This document shows, one piece after another, positions 46,238 through 56,858 of a DNA stretch of 60,072 bases. Under the pieces are notes generated by a model. It did not search any database. It was not told the origin of the DNA and saw only the letters and a program-made list of their open reading frames with translations. How positions within the stretch are numbered: position 1 is the stretch's first letter; the number at the start of each line of letters is the position of its first letter. A program made the position numbers and the translations under genes. Source of the stretch: an uncultured Candidatus Saccharibacteria bacterium (GTDB lineage Bacteria > Patescibacteriota > Minisyncoccia > Phycocordibacterales > DATGWK01); the NCBI GenBank assembly GCA_964442475.1, contig CAYTZJ010000001.1, positions 1-60,072 of the forward strand, given 5' to 3'.

Positions 46238-47137
46238 TTAGCCCTTAATGTTTTTACTCTTTGGTGCCGCGGCAAGAATTTCATCACCATATACACCACG
46301 CAAAAGATCGAGGTCTTTACCACTTTGAAGCAAAAGGGAAATGTTTTTCTCTTTCATTGCCTCAATCATGGTCATTCCAACCGCATCACCAACAAGTTCT
46401 CTGTATAGTCGCGAAAGTGTTTCGTAGTCCTTAATATGACAGTCACCACCAACACCTCTTCCCGACTTTGGATTTGGCTCAATGTGCCATTTTGCAATAA
46501 CTGGATCCTGAAACGCAATCATGGGGTCTGTAATAATAAGATCTTTGATATCCGACCATTTCACACCAAGTTTCATCGAAAGATCAAAAAGAATATTCAT
46601 GTAAATTGATCGAGCAAAAAGCGATGTATTGTGAACATATTTGAAGAACTCAGCTGTCTCCGAGGAAACAATTTTTGCAGGCGCTTTCGGTAACACTTTT
46701 ATTACAACTTTAGCGCGTTCAACATACGCTCTAGATTTCTTTGGAATACCGATAATATTTTCGATCGGATGAGCGGCATCGTACATAGCAGTGCCACGAC
46801 TCAAAAACTCTGGACTGTGCATCACAAAAAGTTTTGGAAACTGTCTTTGAATTGAAGTGGTTGTGCGTGGTGCAAGAGTTGATTTAATAACGACCGTTGT
46901 GCCTGGTGCAATGTTTGTAAGAGCGTTACGAACAATACTGTCATCAAAACCATTAGGAGTTGTTGGAGTTGGAACAGCAACAAAAACAATACCGCATTCT
47001 TTTAATTTTTCTTTATTGATATTGTACGGTGCTTCAAGTGCATAACGAACTACCTTGTAACCGCGTTTTTCAAAATCATCAGAATAATTCTTACCAATCC
47101 AACCCTGTCCAATAAAGCCAATCAGTGGTTTTTTCAT
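46238..47137 (-). CDS. UDP-glucose/GDP-mannose dehydrogenase-family protein (short)
   Basis: Rossmann motif GFIGQGWIG, VAVPTPT, SPEFL and a GGDCHIKD catalytic-Cys-like motif. Confidence 0.65.
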   Translation of the reverse strand: MKKPLIGFIGQGWIGKNYSDDFEKRGYKVVRYALEAPYNINKEKLKECGIVFVAVPTPTTPNGFDDSIVRNALTNIAPGTTVVIKSTLAPRTTTSIQRQFPKLFVMHSPEFLSRGTAMYDAAHPIENIIGIPKKSRAYVERAKVVIKVLPKAPAKIVSSETAEFFKYVHNTSLFARSIYMNILFDLSMKLGVKWSDIKDLIITDPMIAFQDPVIAKWHIEPNPKSGRGVGGDCHIKDYETLSRLYRELVGDAVGMTMIEAMKEKNISLLLQSGKDLDLLRGVYGDEILAAAPKSKNIKG

Positions 47138-47164
47138 AGTTTCACTATTATATTCGCAACACCC

Positions 47165-48307
47165 TTACTTTCCAAATACGGATTCTAGACTTTTTTTATA
47201 AACCTCAAGATACTTTTTTTTGTCAGAAATCACGACCTTCTTTATTCGCAAACTTGCTTCTTGGGCAAAATTCATTCGTAGACCCTGATCTTCAATAAGT
47301 TGCGAAATTTTTGTAACCAAACACGCGCTATCACCGATTGGACATACAAGTGAAATACCATCTTTGAGCAAAATATCTGCAATACCCACATCGGTAGAAA
47401 TTACTGGACAACCCGCAGCTACTGCCTCAACGAGCGTAAGTCCATAGCCTTCAAAGTTTGATGTGAGCAAAAACAAATGTGCAGTTTTATAATACGAACA
47501 TAGATCAGACTGCCATTCTTCAAACACCACATTATGTTTTAGATTTAGTTTTTCAACTATTTTTTTGAGTTTGAACTTTTCTGGACCAGAGCCAACAATG
47601 ACTAAACCAACTTTTGGGTACTTGTCGGCAATCTGTTTGAATGCACGCAAGGCAAGAGGAATGTTTTTTTCTGTAGTAAGCCGAGATGCCATGAGAATGA
47701 TAAAAGTAAATTGTGGATATTTTTTTTGTAAATCAATGGTAACTGGAGCATTTTCGTATTTAGAAACATCAACAAAGATCGGCAACACTGTCGGCTCAAT
47801 ATTGGGAGCAAGTTTTATTTTCTTAAGATTTTCAAGAATTTTCTGGCTCACCACACGCACACCGTCTGCTTGTGGCAATACCTTGCGAGCGATCCTAATC
47901 CGAATTTTATTAAGTATTGACCCCTGCACAAAAAATGGATTCGAAAAGTCAGTGTGGATTTGAACATGAAGAGGTAAGCCAAATTTATTTTTGATTTTTA
48001 CTCCTGCTAAACCCGTTTCAAACGGGTCTTGAACAGTTACCACGGTGTCCGTCGGTTTCAAGGTTCGATTCTTGATGATTTCCCCAGCAATCTTTACTGC
48101 TCCTGCAATATACGTTAACTTTGAAAATGAGTTCGTTGCATACACCCAAACATTGGAAGAAAGCTGAACCCTTGTTTCAAAACCTGACTTGGTAAAAACA
48201 ATAATGTGAAGCTCATCAAAGAGCGTTCCGTACTCAATTTGTCTTTGTCGGACCGCACTGTCGTCCTTAAACAAATTTCTATCTGTTCCAATACTAATGA
48301 CTTTCAT
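47165..48307 (-). CDS. Glycosyltransferase family 4
   Basis: GT-B fold with FEGYGLTLVEAVAAGCPVIST motif. Confidence 0.8.
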   Translation of the reverse strand: MKVISIGTDRNLFKDDSAVRQRQIEYGTLFDELHIIVFTKSGFETRVQLSSNVWVYATNSFSKLTYIAGAVKIAGEIIKNRTLKPTDTVVTVQDPFETGLAGVKIKNKFGLPLHVQIHTDFSNPFFVQGSILNKIRIRIARKVLPQADGVRVVSQKILENLKKIKLAPNIEPTVLPIFVDVSKYENAPVTIDLQKKYPQFTFIILMASRLTTEKNIPLALRAFKQIADKYPKVGLVIVGSGPEKFKLKKIVEKLNLKHNVVFEEWQSDLCSYYKTAHLFLLTSNFEGYGLTLVEAVAAGCPVISTDVGIADILLKDGISLVCPIGDSACLVTKISQLIEDQGLRMNFAQEASLRIKKVVISDKKKYLEVYKKSLESVFGK

Positions 48308-49313
48308 GAATATTCTTAACTATAGCTAAAATTTCGTCAGTTATGTCAGCCCAAGAATGGATAAAATTAAATGCGGCGACCTTCTGCTGTTGTGCCCGAT
48401 AGTTTGCTTCGTCGGACAAAAATAGAATCTTTTCCTTTATATCCTCAACATTCTCTGGATCAACGAATATACCAATATCCTTAATTCTCGGCATTAGCCC
48501 GTTTTCCTGAGTAAGAATAAAGGGTGTATTAGTTCGAATCGCATCCAAAACCATGTTAGGACTAATATCGCCAAGCGAAACAAGAATTACTGCATAACTT
48601 GAAGAAATCTTTTCGAAGAATTCTCCGTATGGGGCATTAGAGGTATCAAGGGCAATACTTGAATCAACTTTCTGGGCTTGTACAAATGCCTCTGTTAGTT
48701 TTGGCAGGTTTTTCCATTTGAGCGGTCTTGTCCCAGCAACAAAAACTCTTTCTCTCTCATTGTTTTTTGTTTTTTTCTCACCATAGAAATTCTCAACAAC
48801 AAAATTCTTTTTCGCATCAAGTTCGTATGCCTGTTCAAAAATCTCCTTCTGCCAGTGTGTGCTAAATATAACTGCAGACATATTTTGCAGAGTCCATTTT
48901 GTAATACTAAAAATTATTTTTTCTTTCCAATTCAACTTTAAAAAATTTTCCTTATAAAAATTCTTTAAAAGAACCAAATCACCTGTTCTTTCAACATACG
49001 ACTCCCACAAAAAATCACCGCCAGTTCGGACAATAATTTTTTTATTAAAAAACCTTGCGGCAACGACAGCTGGCCACCCAACACTAAACGTATCGAGCGC
49101 GAAGATAAAGTCTACTCCACGCAACGAACACAGAGTACGCCAAAAAAAAAGCTCGTGACGAATGATGGGTGGAAGTCTATGTTCAAGTCCATATGTAAGA
49201 ACTTTCACGATATTTCCCCGCTTTTCAAATTCTTCCCTTATCTCTTTTGCATACTGTGCCGGGCCACCAATTTGTGGTGGATATATACCAGTACAGATTA
49301 AGATCTTCGCCAT
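48294..49313 (-). CDS. Glycosyltransferase (GT-B fold)
   Basis: N-terminal ILICTGIYPPQIGGP motif; overlaps the downstream GT gene by 14 nt. Confidence 0.65.
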   Translation of the reverse strand: MAKILICTGIYPPQIGGPAQYAKEIREEFEKRGNIVKVLTYGLEHRLPPIIRHELFFWRTLCSLRGVDFIFALDTFSVGWPAVVAARFFNKKIIVRTGGDFLWESYVERTGDLVLLKNFYKENFLKLNWKEKIIFSITKWTLQNMSAVIFSTHWQKEIFEQAYELDAKKNFVVENFYGEKKTKNNERERVFVAGTRPLKWKNLPKLTEAFVQAQKVDSSIALDTSNAPYGEFFEKISSSYAVILVSLGDISPNMVLDAIRTNTPFILTQENGLMPRIKDIGIFVDPENVEDIKEKILFLSDEANYRAQQQKVAAFNFIHSWADITDEILAIVKNIHESH

Positions 49314-49421
49314 ATAGGCCCAAGTATAGCCTTTTTAAGCTTTGGGCTCTAGGCTTTAGTCATTCGGTAAAATTAATATGAGAATTAATATCTCAGTAAG
49401 CAATATTTCACAATCAAATAA

Positions 49422-50558
49422 CTAGTAACCAGTTACCCTTTCAAAAATCTCTTTTTTCATCCTTTCTACGATAAAATCCCAATCATATTTCTTAAAAACA
49501 AGCTCCTTAGCGTTTTCAACCACATCCTGACGAAGTCGAGTGTTGTACATAATACTTCGCACAACTTCTGCAATATTCTTGGGGCTTTTTACTTCACAAA
49601 AGAAACCAGTTTTGCCTTCGGTAATAAAATCTGGAATACCACCAACAGGAGTTCCGATAACTGGAATTCCTGCCGCCATTGCTTCAATAAATGAATTACC
49701 CAAACCCTCAGAAACTGAAGGTCGAATAAAAATATCTGAAATTTTTAAATACTTTGGTAAATTTTTATGCTCGATAAAACCAATAAATTTTATTCTATCT
49801 AAAACATTTAAATGTGTTGCAAGATCTTTGAGTTGATTTTCTAATTGCCCCGTACCAAGTATCAAAAATTTTACCTTTTCTGGTAATCGTGGCAGTGCTT
49901 CGATCACATCAGCAATACCATTTTTTTCCACCAACCGAGAGGCTGTGACAAGATAAATATCATCCGCAGTTTTACCTAACTTTGTTTTAATGTCTTCAAG
50001 TTCTGACCATGCGTAACTTTTAGTAAACAAAGCCAAATCAACTCCATTAGGAATTACCACAATCGGCTTCTTGGTTCCCATGCTTTGAGCAAAATCTGCA
50101 AGATAATTTGAAATAGTCTGAATAATCGTTGCCCGTTTAAAAATCTGACGAAAAACTGGCGAAAAAAATCCTACACGTTTTTTAATATATTCAATCGGAT
50201 CACCTTCTTGAAGAGTTAGGATGAATGGAGTTCGTGGATTAAAAATCTTAAATAGTAACGCGGCAAAACCGTTATAGCTTGCCATTATCGACCACGTAGC
50301 ATCAAACCCAATTTCTCTATGTAGATCGAGCGCTCTTTTTACACCCCCAAACGGCATTAGATATTTACCAAGTTTTCCTCTACCAATGCGATGCACATGA
50401 ACATTACCAATTTTTTCTTCCGCGTTTTGATTACCATCAATATTGATAGTGATCATGTGAAATTCTATATCAGTGAGCCGATCGGTAATTTCTTTTACTG
50501 CAATTTCAGCACCACCGACAAATGGATGATATGCAACTGAGAATATGAGAATTTTCAT
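49422..50558 (-). CDS. Glycosyltransferase family 4
   Basis: GGAEIAV near the N-terminus and SEGLGNSFIEAMAAGIPVIGT motif. Confidence 0.8.
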   Translation of the reverse strand: MKILIFSVAYHPFVGGAEIAVKEITDRLTDIEFHMITINIDGNQNAEEKIGNVHVHRIGRGKLGKYLMPFGGVKRALDLHREIGFDATWSIMASYNGFAALLFKIFNPRTPFILTLQEGDPIEYIKKRVGFFSPVFRQIFKRATIIQTISNYLADFAQSMGTKKPIVVIPNGVDLALFTKSYAWSELEDIKTKLGKTADDIYLVTASRLVEKNGIADVIEALPRLPEKVKFLILGTGQLENQLKDLATHLNVLDRIKFIGFIEHKNLPKYLKISDIFIRPSVSEGLGNSFIEAMAAGIPVIGTPVGGIPDFITEGKTGFFCEVKSPKNIAEVVRSIMYNTRLRQDVVENAKELVFKKYDWDFIVERMKKEIFERVTGY

Positions 50559-50606
50559 AGATAAGCACCATTACCATATCATAAAAAAATAACCCAGTAT
50601 TTTGGA

Positions 50607-52400
50607 TTATTTTTTTGTCTTAATATCCAATACTCTTCGCAATACATCTTCTGGAACCTCTTTTGGTTGATTAGTTTCAATTGTTGCAGGACGTACTACC
50701 GATTCATGTTTTTGTTTCTGCTCTTGATTTATTGATTTAGTTTCTTTTCCAACTATTGGCGTTGATACTGGCTGAGATTCTGACGATACGTCTGAACGCA
50801 CAGATTCTTTTTTTGCTTTTTCAACAATATCCTTAAGTGCATCCTTAAGCTGGTTAAGATTTTCTTTTGAAGGACCTTTGTTTGGTTTTTTAAGTGTATT
50901 AAGAGAAAGTGGAATTGGAGCCTGTTGAGCTTGTGGCTTTGGTTGAGGTTTGGGTTGAGGTTGAGGTTTAGATTGAGGTGTTAGTTCACTCACATGAGCT
51001 GTTGGGACAAAAACAGGAGCCGGACGGGACTCTACCTTTGATATTGCTGGTGAAACAGGCTTTTCCCCATTCTTGTGTTGGTCAGTAGATTTGTTATCCC
51101 CTTTTTCGGACGTAATTGGTTCATGCCATTTTTTGATCGCGTCTTCAACCTCAAGTCGTTCGCGAGCAAAGGTTTTTCGGGAATGTTCGATAACATCATC
51201 TTTGCTGTTAATTTCTGGCTTTTTAATCGGCGGTAACGTCGAAGCAGAAAAAGGTTGCGACGAAACACCATCAATCATGAGCTTAAGGTAAATTTGAACA
51301 AAACCGAGATTTACTAAGTCTTCGGCCGTAAACACTGGTGCAAATTCTTTCTCCAAAACTTCAGCATCAAAAGCACCGACTCGAAACGTCACCATGGTTC
51401 CAACGTTACCAAAAACCGCCGCTCGAACCTCTTCTGACATTTGTTCAATGTATTGATGTGCAATCGTCAGACTCAATTTATATTTTCGAGCTTCAGAAAG
51501 AATGTCGGCAAAAGATTCGTTAGCAAAAGACTGAAACTCGTCAACGTAAAGATAAAACGGTGGCAAGGTTTTCATTCTTGTTTCAGAAACATCGGCACGC
51601 GAAAGCGCAGCAAGATAAATTTTAGTAATGATCATACTACCAATGAGATTGGCATTAGTTTCACCAACTCTGCCCTTAGAAAGATTAATGATGAGAATTT
51701 TTTTCTCATCCATTATTTTTCGAATATCAAAACTCGATTTTGGCTGGCCGATAATATTTCGTACCAACGGATTAGAAATAAACTGACCAATTTTGTTCTG
51801 AATCGCAGCACCAGCTTCTTGCATGTATCGCTCTCCATACTTTGCAAATTCATCAACCCAAAAAGATTTTACTGATGGATCTTTAATATTCTCTACAACC
51901 TTCTTTCGGTAATCTTTATCGGCCAACATTCTGTTAACACCAACAAGTGTAGAGTCTGGATATTCCAAAAGTGCAAGCAAAATATTGCTCAAAATATATT
52001 CCATTCGAGCAGACCACGCATCTACCCAAATCTTTTTAAATGCACTCATCAAACCGTTAGCAACCAAATGTCGTTTGCCTGCACCCACATCTTCCATGAC
52101 ATTAAATGAAATCGGATATTCGGTATCAAACGGTGCGAAATAAATCACATCTTTAATGCGTTCTGGTGGCACATATTCAAGGAGGAGATCGGCGGTTTTG
52201 CCGTGTGGGTCGATGAACGCCATTCCATTGCCATTCTGGATATCCTGAACTGCCATGTTTTCAAGCAATGTCGACTTACCCATACCGGTCTTGCCGATCA
52301 CATACATGTGACGCCAACGATCTTTAGTTTTGATACCAAAGGGCACCCGCTTATTGCGAGAATCGGTTTCAGCAAAATATGTTACTTGTTCTTCGTTCAT
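50607..52400 (-). CDS. VirD4/TraG/TraD-like (type IV coupling protein-like) P-loop NTPase with low-complexity C-terminus
   Basis: Walker A GKTGMGKST, Walker B LYVDEFQSF, AHQY motif, and a PQPQPKPQPKPQ tail. Start moved to MNEEQVTYF (ATG 52400). No N-terminal TM helices seen. Confidence 0.6.
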   Translation of the reverse strand: MNEEQVTYFAETDSRNKRVPFGIKTKDRWRHMYVIGKTGMGKSTLLENMAVQDIQNGNGMAFIDPHGKTADLLLEYVPPERIKDVIYFAPFDTEYPISFNVMEDVGAGKRHLVANGLMSAFKKIWVDAWSARMEYILSNILLALLEYPDSTLVGVNRMLADKDYRKKVVENIKDPSVKSFWVDEFAKYGERYMQEAGAAIQNKIGQFISNPLVRNIIGQPKSSFDIRKIMDEKKILIINLSKGRVGETNANLIGSMIITKIYLAALSRADVSETRMKTLPPFYLYVDEFQSFANESFADILSEARKYKLSLTIAHQYIEQMSEEVRAAVFGNVGTMVTFRVGAFDAEVLEKEFAPVFTAEDLVNLGFVQIYLKLMIDGVSSQPFSASTLPPIKKPEINSKDDVIEHSRKTFARERLEVEDAIKKWHEPITSEKGDNKSTDQHKNGEKPVSPAISKVESRPAPVFVPTAHVSELTPQSKPQPQPKPQPKPQAQQAPIPLSLNTLKKPNKGPSKENLNQLKDALKDIVEKAKKESVRSDVSSESQPVSTPIVGKETKSINQEQKQKHESVVRPATIETNQPKEVPEDVLRRVLDIKTKK

Positions 52401-52505
52401 AGAACTGTTTACAGAAATTATATCAAAATGTAAAAGAAAAAGCCCCGACTTTAGCCAAACGGCTGAAATCGAAGCTTCCATTGTTTACGCTTTGGATATT
52501 GAGAG

Positions 52506-53735
52506 CTATCTTCCAATCGGTTCAAGCGCTCCAGCCGTATAGATATTACTTGGTGCCCAGAGCATCCATGAATCAAGTCCAACGTCATTTGTAGCTCGAA
52601 TTTGTGCTCTTACTTCAGCAATGTCGTAGTTTCCACCATAATCAAAGTCTTGCAGCCACGGACGAAGTTTTTTGTATGAATTTTGAGAAAACTGAGGAGT
52701 TGAGGTTGGGTAACTAGCATCCATCGCTTTCGCTCTTTCAACAGCACTACCCATTACAAACTTGATAAGTTCATACGGAACCTTATTTGGATCAGCCCAA
52801 CCATTGAACGTTTTTGGATAATGTGATGGATACACCATTGGTGCAACATAATCAAAATGAGGCAATGCTTTTTCTAACACTTGCCCAATTCCCAAATCAT
52901 CATAATTTGTCGTGACCATACCAAAAAGATCTGCAGAAGTTACAATCCCCTGTGGTCTCAGTCTGTCATTCAAATACACAAAAAATTCCTCCAGTGCTTC
53001 TGAACGTGTTTTGTTTCTACTCAAAGTAAAATCAGTATCTTTCATGTTTCCATCCGAAGGAAATCTGATGTAATCAAAATTTATCTCATCAAAACCAATT
53101 TTGTATGACTCTTCTGCAAGTGTGGCAATGTAATCCCAATGTTCACGTGCTCCAACATCAATAAAACTCAACCCCTTATAATCTTTCCAAACACCACCAT
53201 CAGACAATTTTCGCACCGCAAGTTCTGGGCGCAAATTCGACATACGAGGATCCTGAAAAACGGTAATTCTTCCAATAACGTAAATATCTTTTTTATGCAA
53301 AGAGTCAATAAATTCAAGCATGTCCACCGCACCACATTCATCAGACACAGAATCAACAAGTTTTGGATTATCAGTCGTAAAACTAATATAGCCAGTAAAA
53401 TCTTTGATATCGATTATCACAGAATTAAGTTCAGTCTCGTCAATCAGCTTCACAAGCTTGTCTCGAAAATTTCGAGTTCCAACAACACACTGACTCATGT
53501 AAATCGATTTGACTGGATGTGGTGTCTTTATATGTACCGGAACAATTGTTGGCACAACAGCAATTTTTGGTGTCGTGGTTGAATTCAAATTTTCTGAACT
53601 GACTTCAGGAGTAGTTTTGTTGTCATACTGGATACTAAAAAATTCTGACGACGACATCGTCAGCACGCCAACCGAAACAATCAAAATAATAAGACCGCTG
53701 ATTTGTATATAAAGAGGTAAACGCGGTTTTGCCAT
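52506..53735 (-). CDS. Membrane-anchored putative glycoside hydrolase (GHL/DUF4015-like TIM barrel)
   Basis: N-terminal TM helix; VFQDP, EINFDYIRFP and WLQDFDYG motifs recalled from the putative glycoside hydrolase family. Confidence 0.5.
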   Translation of the reverse strand: MAKPRLPLYIQISGLIILIVSVGVLTMSSSEFFSIQYDNKTTPEVSSENLNSTTTPKIAVVPTIVPVHIKTPHPVKSIYMSQCVVGTRNFRDKLVKLIDETELNSVIIDIKDFTGYISFTTDNPKLVDSVSDECGAVDMLEFIDSLHKKDIYVIGRITVFQDPRMSNLRPELAVRKLSDGGVWKDYKGLSFIDVGAREHWDYIATLAEESYKIGFDEINFDYIRFPSDGNMKDTDFTLSRNKTRSEALEEFFVYLNDRLRPQGIVTSADLFGMVTTNYDDLGIGQVLEKALPHFDYVAPMVYPSHYPKTFNGWADPNKVPYELIKFVMGSAVERAKAMDASYPTSTPQFSQNSYKKLRPWLQDFDYGGNYDIAEVRAQIRATNDVGLDSWMLWAPSNIYTAGALEPIGR

Positions 53736-53747
53736 GTAACTACAAAA

Positions 53748-54077
53748 TCAGAAAGTTTTAACAATATTTGAACGATCTTTTATCGACGCAAGATCGGTAT
53801 AGGGTTCTTCATCATCACTTGCAAAACGCGGACGACTTTCAACAAAAACTTCTGAACTTTTAATTGGCTTTGTAGGCATTTCGATTTCATTGAGCCTTTT
53901 ATTACGTGCATATATAAAAGCAAGAATAATCACTGAGAGACCTGCCACCATTAAAAAAATTGATTCATATTTACTTGGGAAACCGAAAAATGGTACAAGT
54001 AAAATCAGGAGCCCTATAAGAAAAAGAATGCGATTTTGGGTAATCATTGGCACAACTATATCATACACATCAACCAA
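53748..54077 (-). CDS. Small two-TM membrane protein
   Basis: 109 aa, TTG start per ORF track, two hydrophobic helices, TGA stop. Confidence 0.45.
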   Translation of the reverse strand: MVDVYDIVVPMITQNRILFLIGLLILLVPFFGFPSKYESIFLMVAGLSVIILAFIYARNKRLNEIEMPTKPIKSSEVFVESRPRFASDDEEPYTDLASIKDRSNIVKTF

Positions 54078-54093
54078 AACACCCTGTGGAATA

Positions 54094-55395
54094 CTAAGAA
54101 ACCAACATTTTTGCTAATTTGTTTACATCTCCGGCACCAATTGTAAAGACAACGTCATTCTTTTTAAGATTTGTTTTTAAAAAATCAACCGCACTTTCAA
54201 AAGTTTCAAAAGCCACAGATCTCCTTCCCTCTTTTTGAATTTCTTGGACCAATGTGTAATTTGAAATTGTTGGATCTTTTTGTTCACGAGCAGCATAAAT
54301 CGGCAAAATCAAGATCTGATCTGCAGAAGAAAACGCATTACCGAACTCATAAAAATGTTCTTTGGTTCGACTATATAAATGAGGTTGAAAAACTGCAATG
54401 ATTTGATTGTTAGGAAACTTCTCACGAGCCGCTTCAAGTGTTGCTTTTATTTCCGTTGGATGATGTGCGTAGTCATCGTAGACAAAAGCTCCAGATTTTG
54501 TTTGACCTATTTTCTCAAAACGTCGCCACGTACCAGTGAAATTTTTGAGACCTGAAAGAATTACCTCTTTAGAAATACCCAATTCCTCGGCAACCACCAA
54601 AACCGCCCTCGCATTTTTAATATTATGCTGGCCCGGAACATTAAGAGTAATATTCTCAGAAACAGAAGCATAATCCAAAACTTTTTTGTCAAAATTAGAA
54701 AGAATTGGTTTAACATTATTATCTTCAAGGTTTGTGACAAGTATTCCGCCCTCTTTTATGCCATGAATGAACTCAGAAAATCCTTTTTGAATTCCCGTAA
54801 GATCTTTGTAGTAGTCGAGATGGTCATCATCGATGTTTGTAATAATTGCAATGTCAGGCTTTATGTTTAAAAACGAGCGCTTGTACTCACAAGCTTCTAC
54901 GACTAAATACTTGCTTTTACCAGAAATAAAATTTGTTCCTGACTTCAAGAGACTTCCAACAATAACTGTTGGATCAAGGCCGGCCTCTATAAGTACCTGA
55001 GCAATCATTGCAGTCGTTGTAGTTTTTCCATGAGTACCAGCAACTGCGATCGTAAATTTATCTTTAGAAATCAAACCGAGAGATTCTGGATATGAAATTG
55101 TTAGAATATTTTTTGATTTAGCAGCAAGAAATTCTAAATTGTCATCAGAAATAGCAACAGTGTATATCACAAGATCTATTTCCTCAGGAAGAGTCGCTTG
55201 AGTGGCACCAATATGAATACGAGCCCCAAGCTTTGTAAGTTCATCGGTAATTAAAGAAGCGTTCATATCTGAACCGTATACTTTTTTTCCTTCATGCAAA
55301 AACATACGGGCAACGGCAGACATACCAATACCACCAATGCCGATAAAATAGACAGATTTTATATTTTGTAGATTGATTGTCTCTTTGTTAAGCAT
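54094..55395 (-). CDS. murC: UDP-N-acetylmuramate--L-alanine ligase
   Basis: GIGGIGMS, GTHGKTTTT and Mur ligase middle and C-terminal domains. Confidence 0.9.
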   Translation of the reverse strand: MLNKETINLQNIKSVYFIGIGGIGMSAVARMFLHEGKKVYGSDMNASLITDELTKLGARIHIGATQATLPEEIDLVIYTVAISDDNLEFLAAKSKNILTISYPESLGLISKDKFTIAVAGTHGKTTTTAMIAQVLIEAGLDPTVIVGSLLKSGTNFISGKSKYLVVEACEYKRSFLNIKPDIAIITNIDDDHLDYYKDLTGIQKGFSEFIHGIKEGGILVTNLEDNNVKPILSNFDKKVLDYASVSENITLNVPGQHNIKNARAVLVVAEELGISKEVILSGLKNFTGTWRRFEKIGQTKSGAFVYDDYAHHPTEIKATLEAAREKFPNNQIIAVFQPHLYSRTKEHFYEFGNAFSSADQILILPIYAAREQKDPTISNYTLVQEIQKEGRRSVAFETFESAVDFLKTNLKKNDVVFTIGAGDVNKLAKMLVS

Positions 55396-55452
55396 ATATT
55401 TATCTTGAATCTGAAAGGTTAAAACTCAACTCTAATACATGTATGTTCAGAT

Positions 55453-56787
55453 TTAAGATTTAAGATTCATTATCGCGGCATTAAATTGATCTCCTCTATC
55501 ATACTCATTCTTGAATAGACCAAAAGAAGCAAATCCAGGACTCATTAAAATTCGATCGCTAGATATAGAAAACTTTACAGCTTCACTCACTGCTTCATTC
55601 ATGCTACGAACAAAAACTATCGGCAGACGAGACCTCATTTCCTCAATTTTATCTTTTATTGTATCTGTGCCACTACCCGGCAAAACAACTAGCGCTTTTG
55701 CATATTCTGGTATCAAAGAAAGCAGTGAATCGACTTGCAATTTTTTATCCGCCCCACCAAAAATAAGAATAGTTTTCTTGTCTTTTCCTAGCGCCTTAAG
55801 TCCCGCAATTGTCGCCTCTTGGGTGGTGCTGTTTGTATCATTATAGATATCAATTCCATTGAAATTTCTAATTTTTTCCAATCGACCCGGAGCAGCTTTG
55901 AATTTTTCTACTGCCACCTTGATAGTTTCTTCTGCAACCCCCAAAGCCTTTGCCGCTGCGCTTGCAAGAGCGATATTAAGTTTGTTGTGTTCACCAGGAA
56001 TTTGAACCTGCCATAAACCAGGGACGTCGCCTGCTTTTGCAACCACAACCTTGGAAACGGGTTTTGGGCCAAATTTTTCTATGTATTCCAATACCTGCTC
56101 GCTCACGACTAATGTGTCATCAGGTTTTTGAGAGCGATATATATTAGCCTTGTCAGCAAAATATTTTTCCATACTACCACCGTAATAATTCAAATGGTCA
56201 CGCATAAAGGTCGAAAACACGGCGACTTTTAACGAAAGATCTTTAAATCCCTGCAATTGCCACGAATCAAGTTCAAGCACCGCAACATCACCCTCTTTTG
56301 TTTTGTTCAAAAAATCTATGGTAGAAACACCAAGAATATTTCCACCAAGAAAAACCTGGTGTCCTGTACCTTTGTAGTGTTCATTTAAAATTGCATGCAA
56401 AAGATACGAAACTGTGGACTTACCACGAGTTCCTGTCACCCCCACAACAGTTGCCTTGGTATTTTCTACAAAAATCTGTGTGCTCATTTTTATCGGCACA
56501 TTGTTTTTTTCTGCTTCTGCAATAAAAGGAGACTCAAGCGGAACCCCTGCAGCCTTGATAACCAAATCAGCATTTCTAAAATCCTCGAGCCGGTGTTCAC
56601 CCAACACAAATTTAATGTTGTTGTATTTTTTTAATATCTCGAGTGAACTCGCCAAATCTTTTTCTGATTTCAAATCAGTTACCGTAAGGTCGGCACCAGC
56701 TTCTGCAAAAAATGCCGCATCACCCACACCTCGGCCAAGAAGTCCGAGTCCCATGAGAGTTATTTTTTTATTCTTAAAATCAACCAT
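55453..56787 (-). CDS. murD: UDP-N-acetylmuramoylalanine--D-glutamate ligase
   Basis: N-terminal GLGLLGRG Rossmann-like motif, GTRGKST P-loop, Mur ligase domains. Confidence 0.9.
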   Translation of the reverse strand: MVDFKNKKITLMGLGLLGRGVGDAAFFAEAGADLTVTDLKSEKDLASSLEILKKYNNIKFVLGEHRLEDFRNADLVIKAAGVPLESPFIAEAEKNNVPIKMSTQIFVENTKATVVGVTGTRGKSTVSYLLHAILNEHYKGTGHQVFLGGNILGVSTIDFLNKTKEGDVAVLELDSWQLQGFKDLSLKVAVFSTFMRDHLNYYGGSMEKYFADKANIYRSQKPDDTLVVSEQVLEYIEKFGPKPVSKVVVAKAGDVPGLWQVQIPGEHNKLNIALASAAAKALGVAEETIKVAVEKFKAAPGRLEKIRNFNGIDIYNDTNSTTQEATIAGLKALGKDKKTILIFGGADKKLQVDSLLSLIPEYAKALVVLPGSGTDTIKDKIEEMRSRLPIVFVRSMNEAVSEAVKFSISSDRILMSPGFASFGLFKNEYDRGDQFNAAIMNLKS

Positions 56788-56830
56788 TTTCTAACCAATT
56801 TATTGGGTAATTGTACATTTTTTCACACAA

Positions 56831-56858
56831 AGAAAAAGGCGGTCTTTCATAGACCGCC
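56831..56858 (-). terminator. Intrinsic terminator overlapping the stop codon of 56847..57776
   Basis: Minus strand reads GGCGGTCT atgaa AGACCGCC followed by TTTTTCT. Confidence 0.7.
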
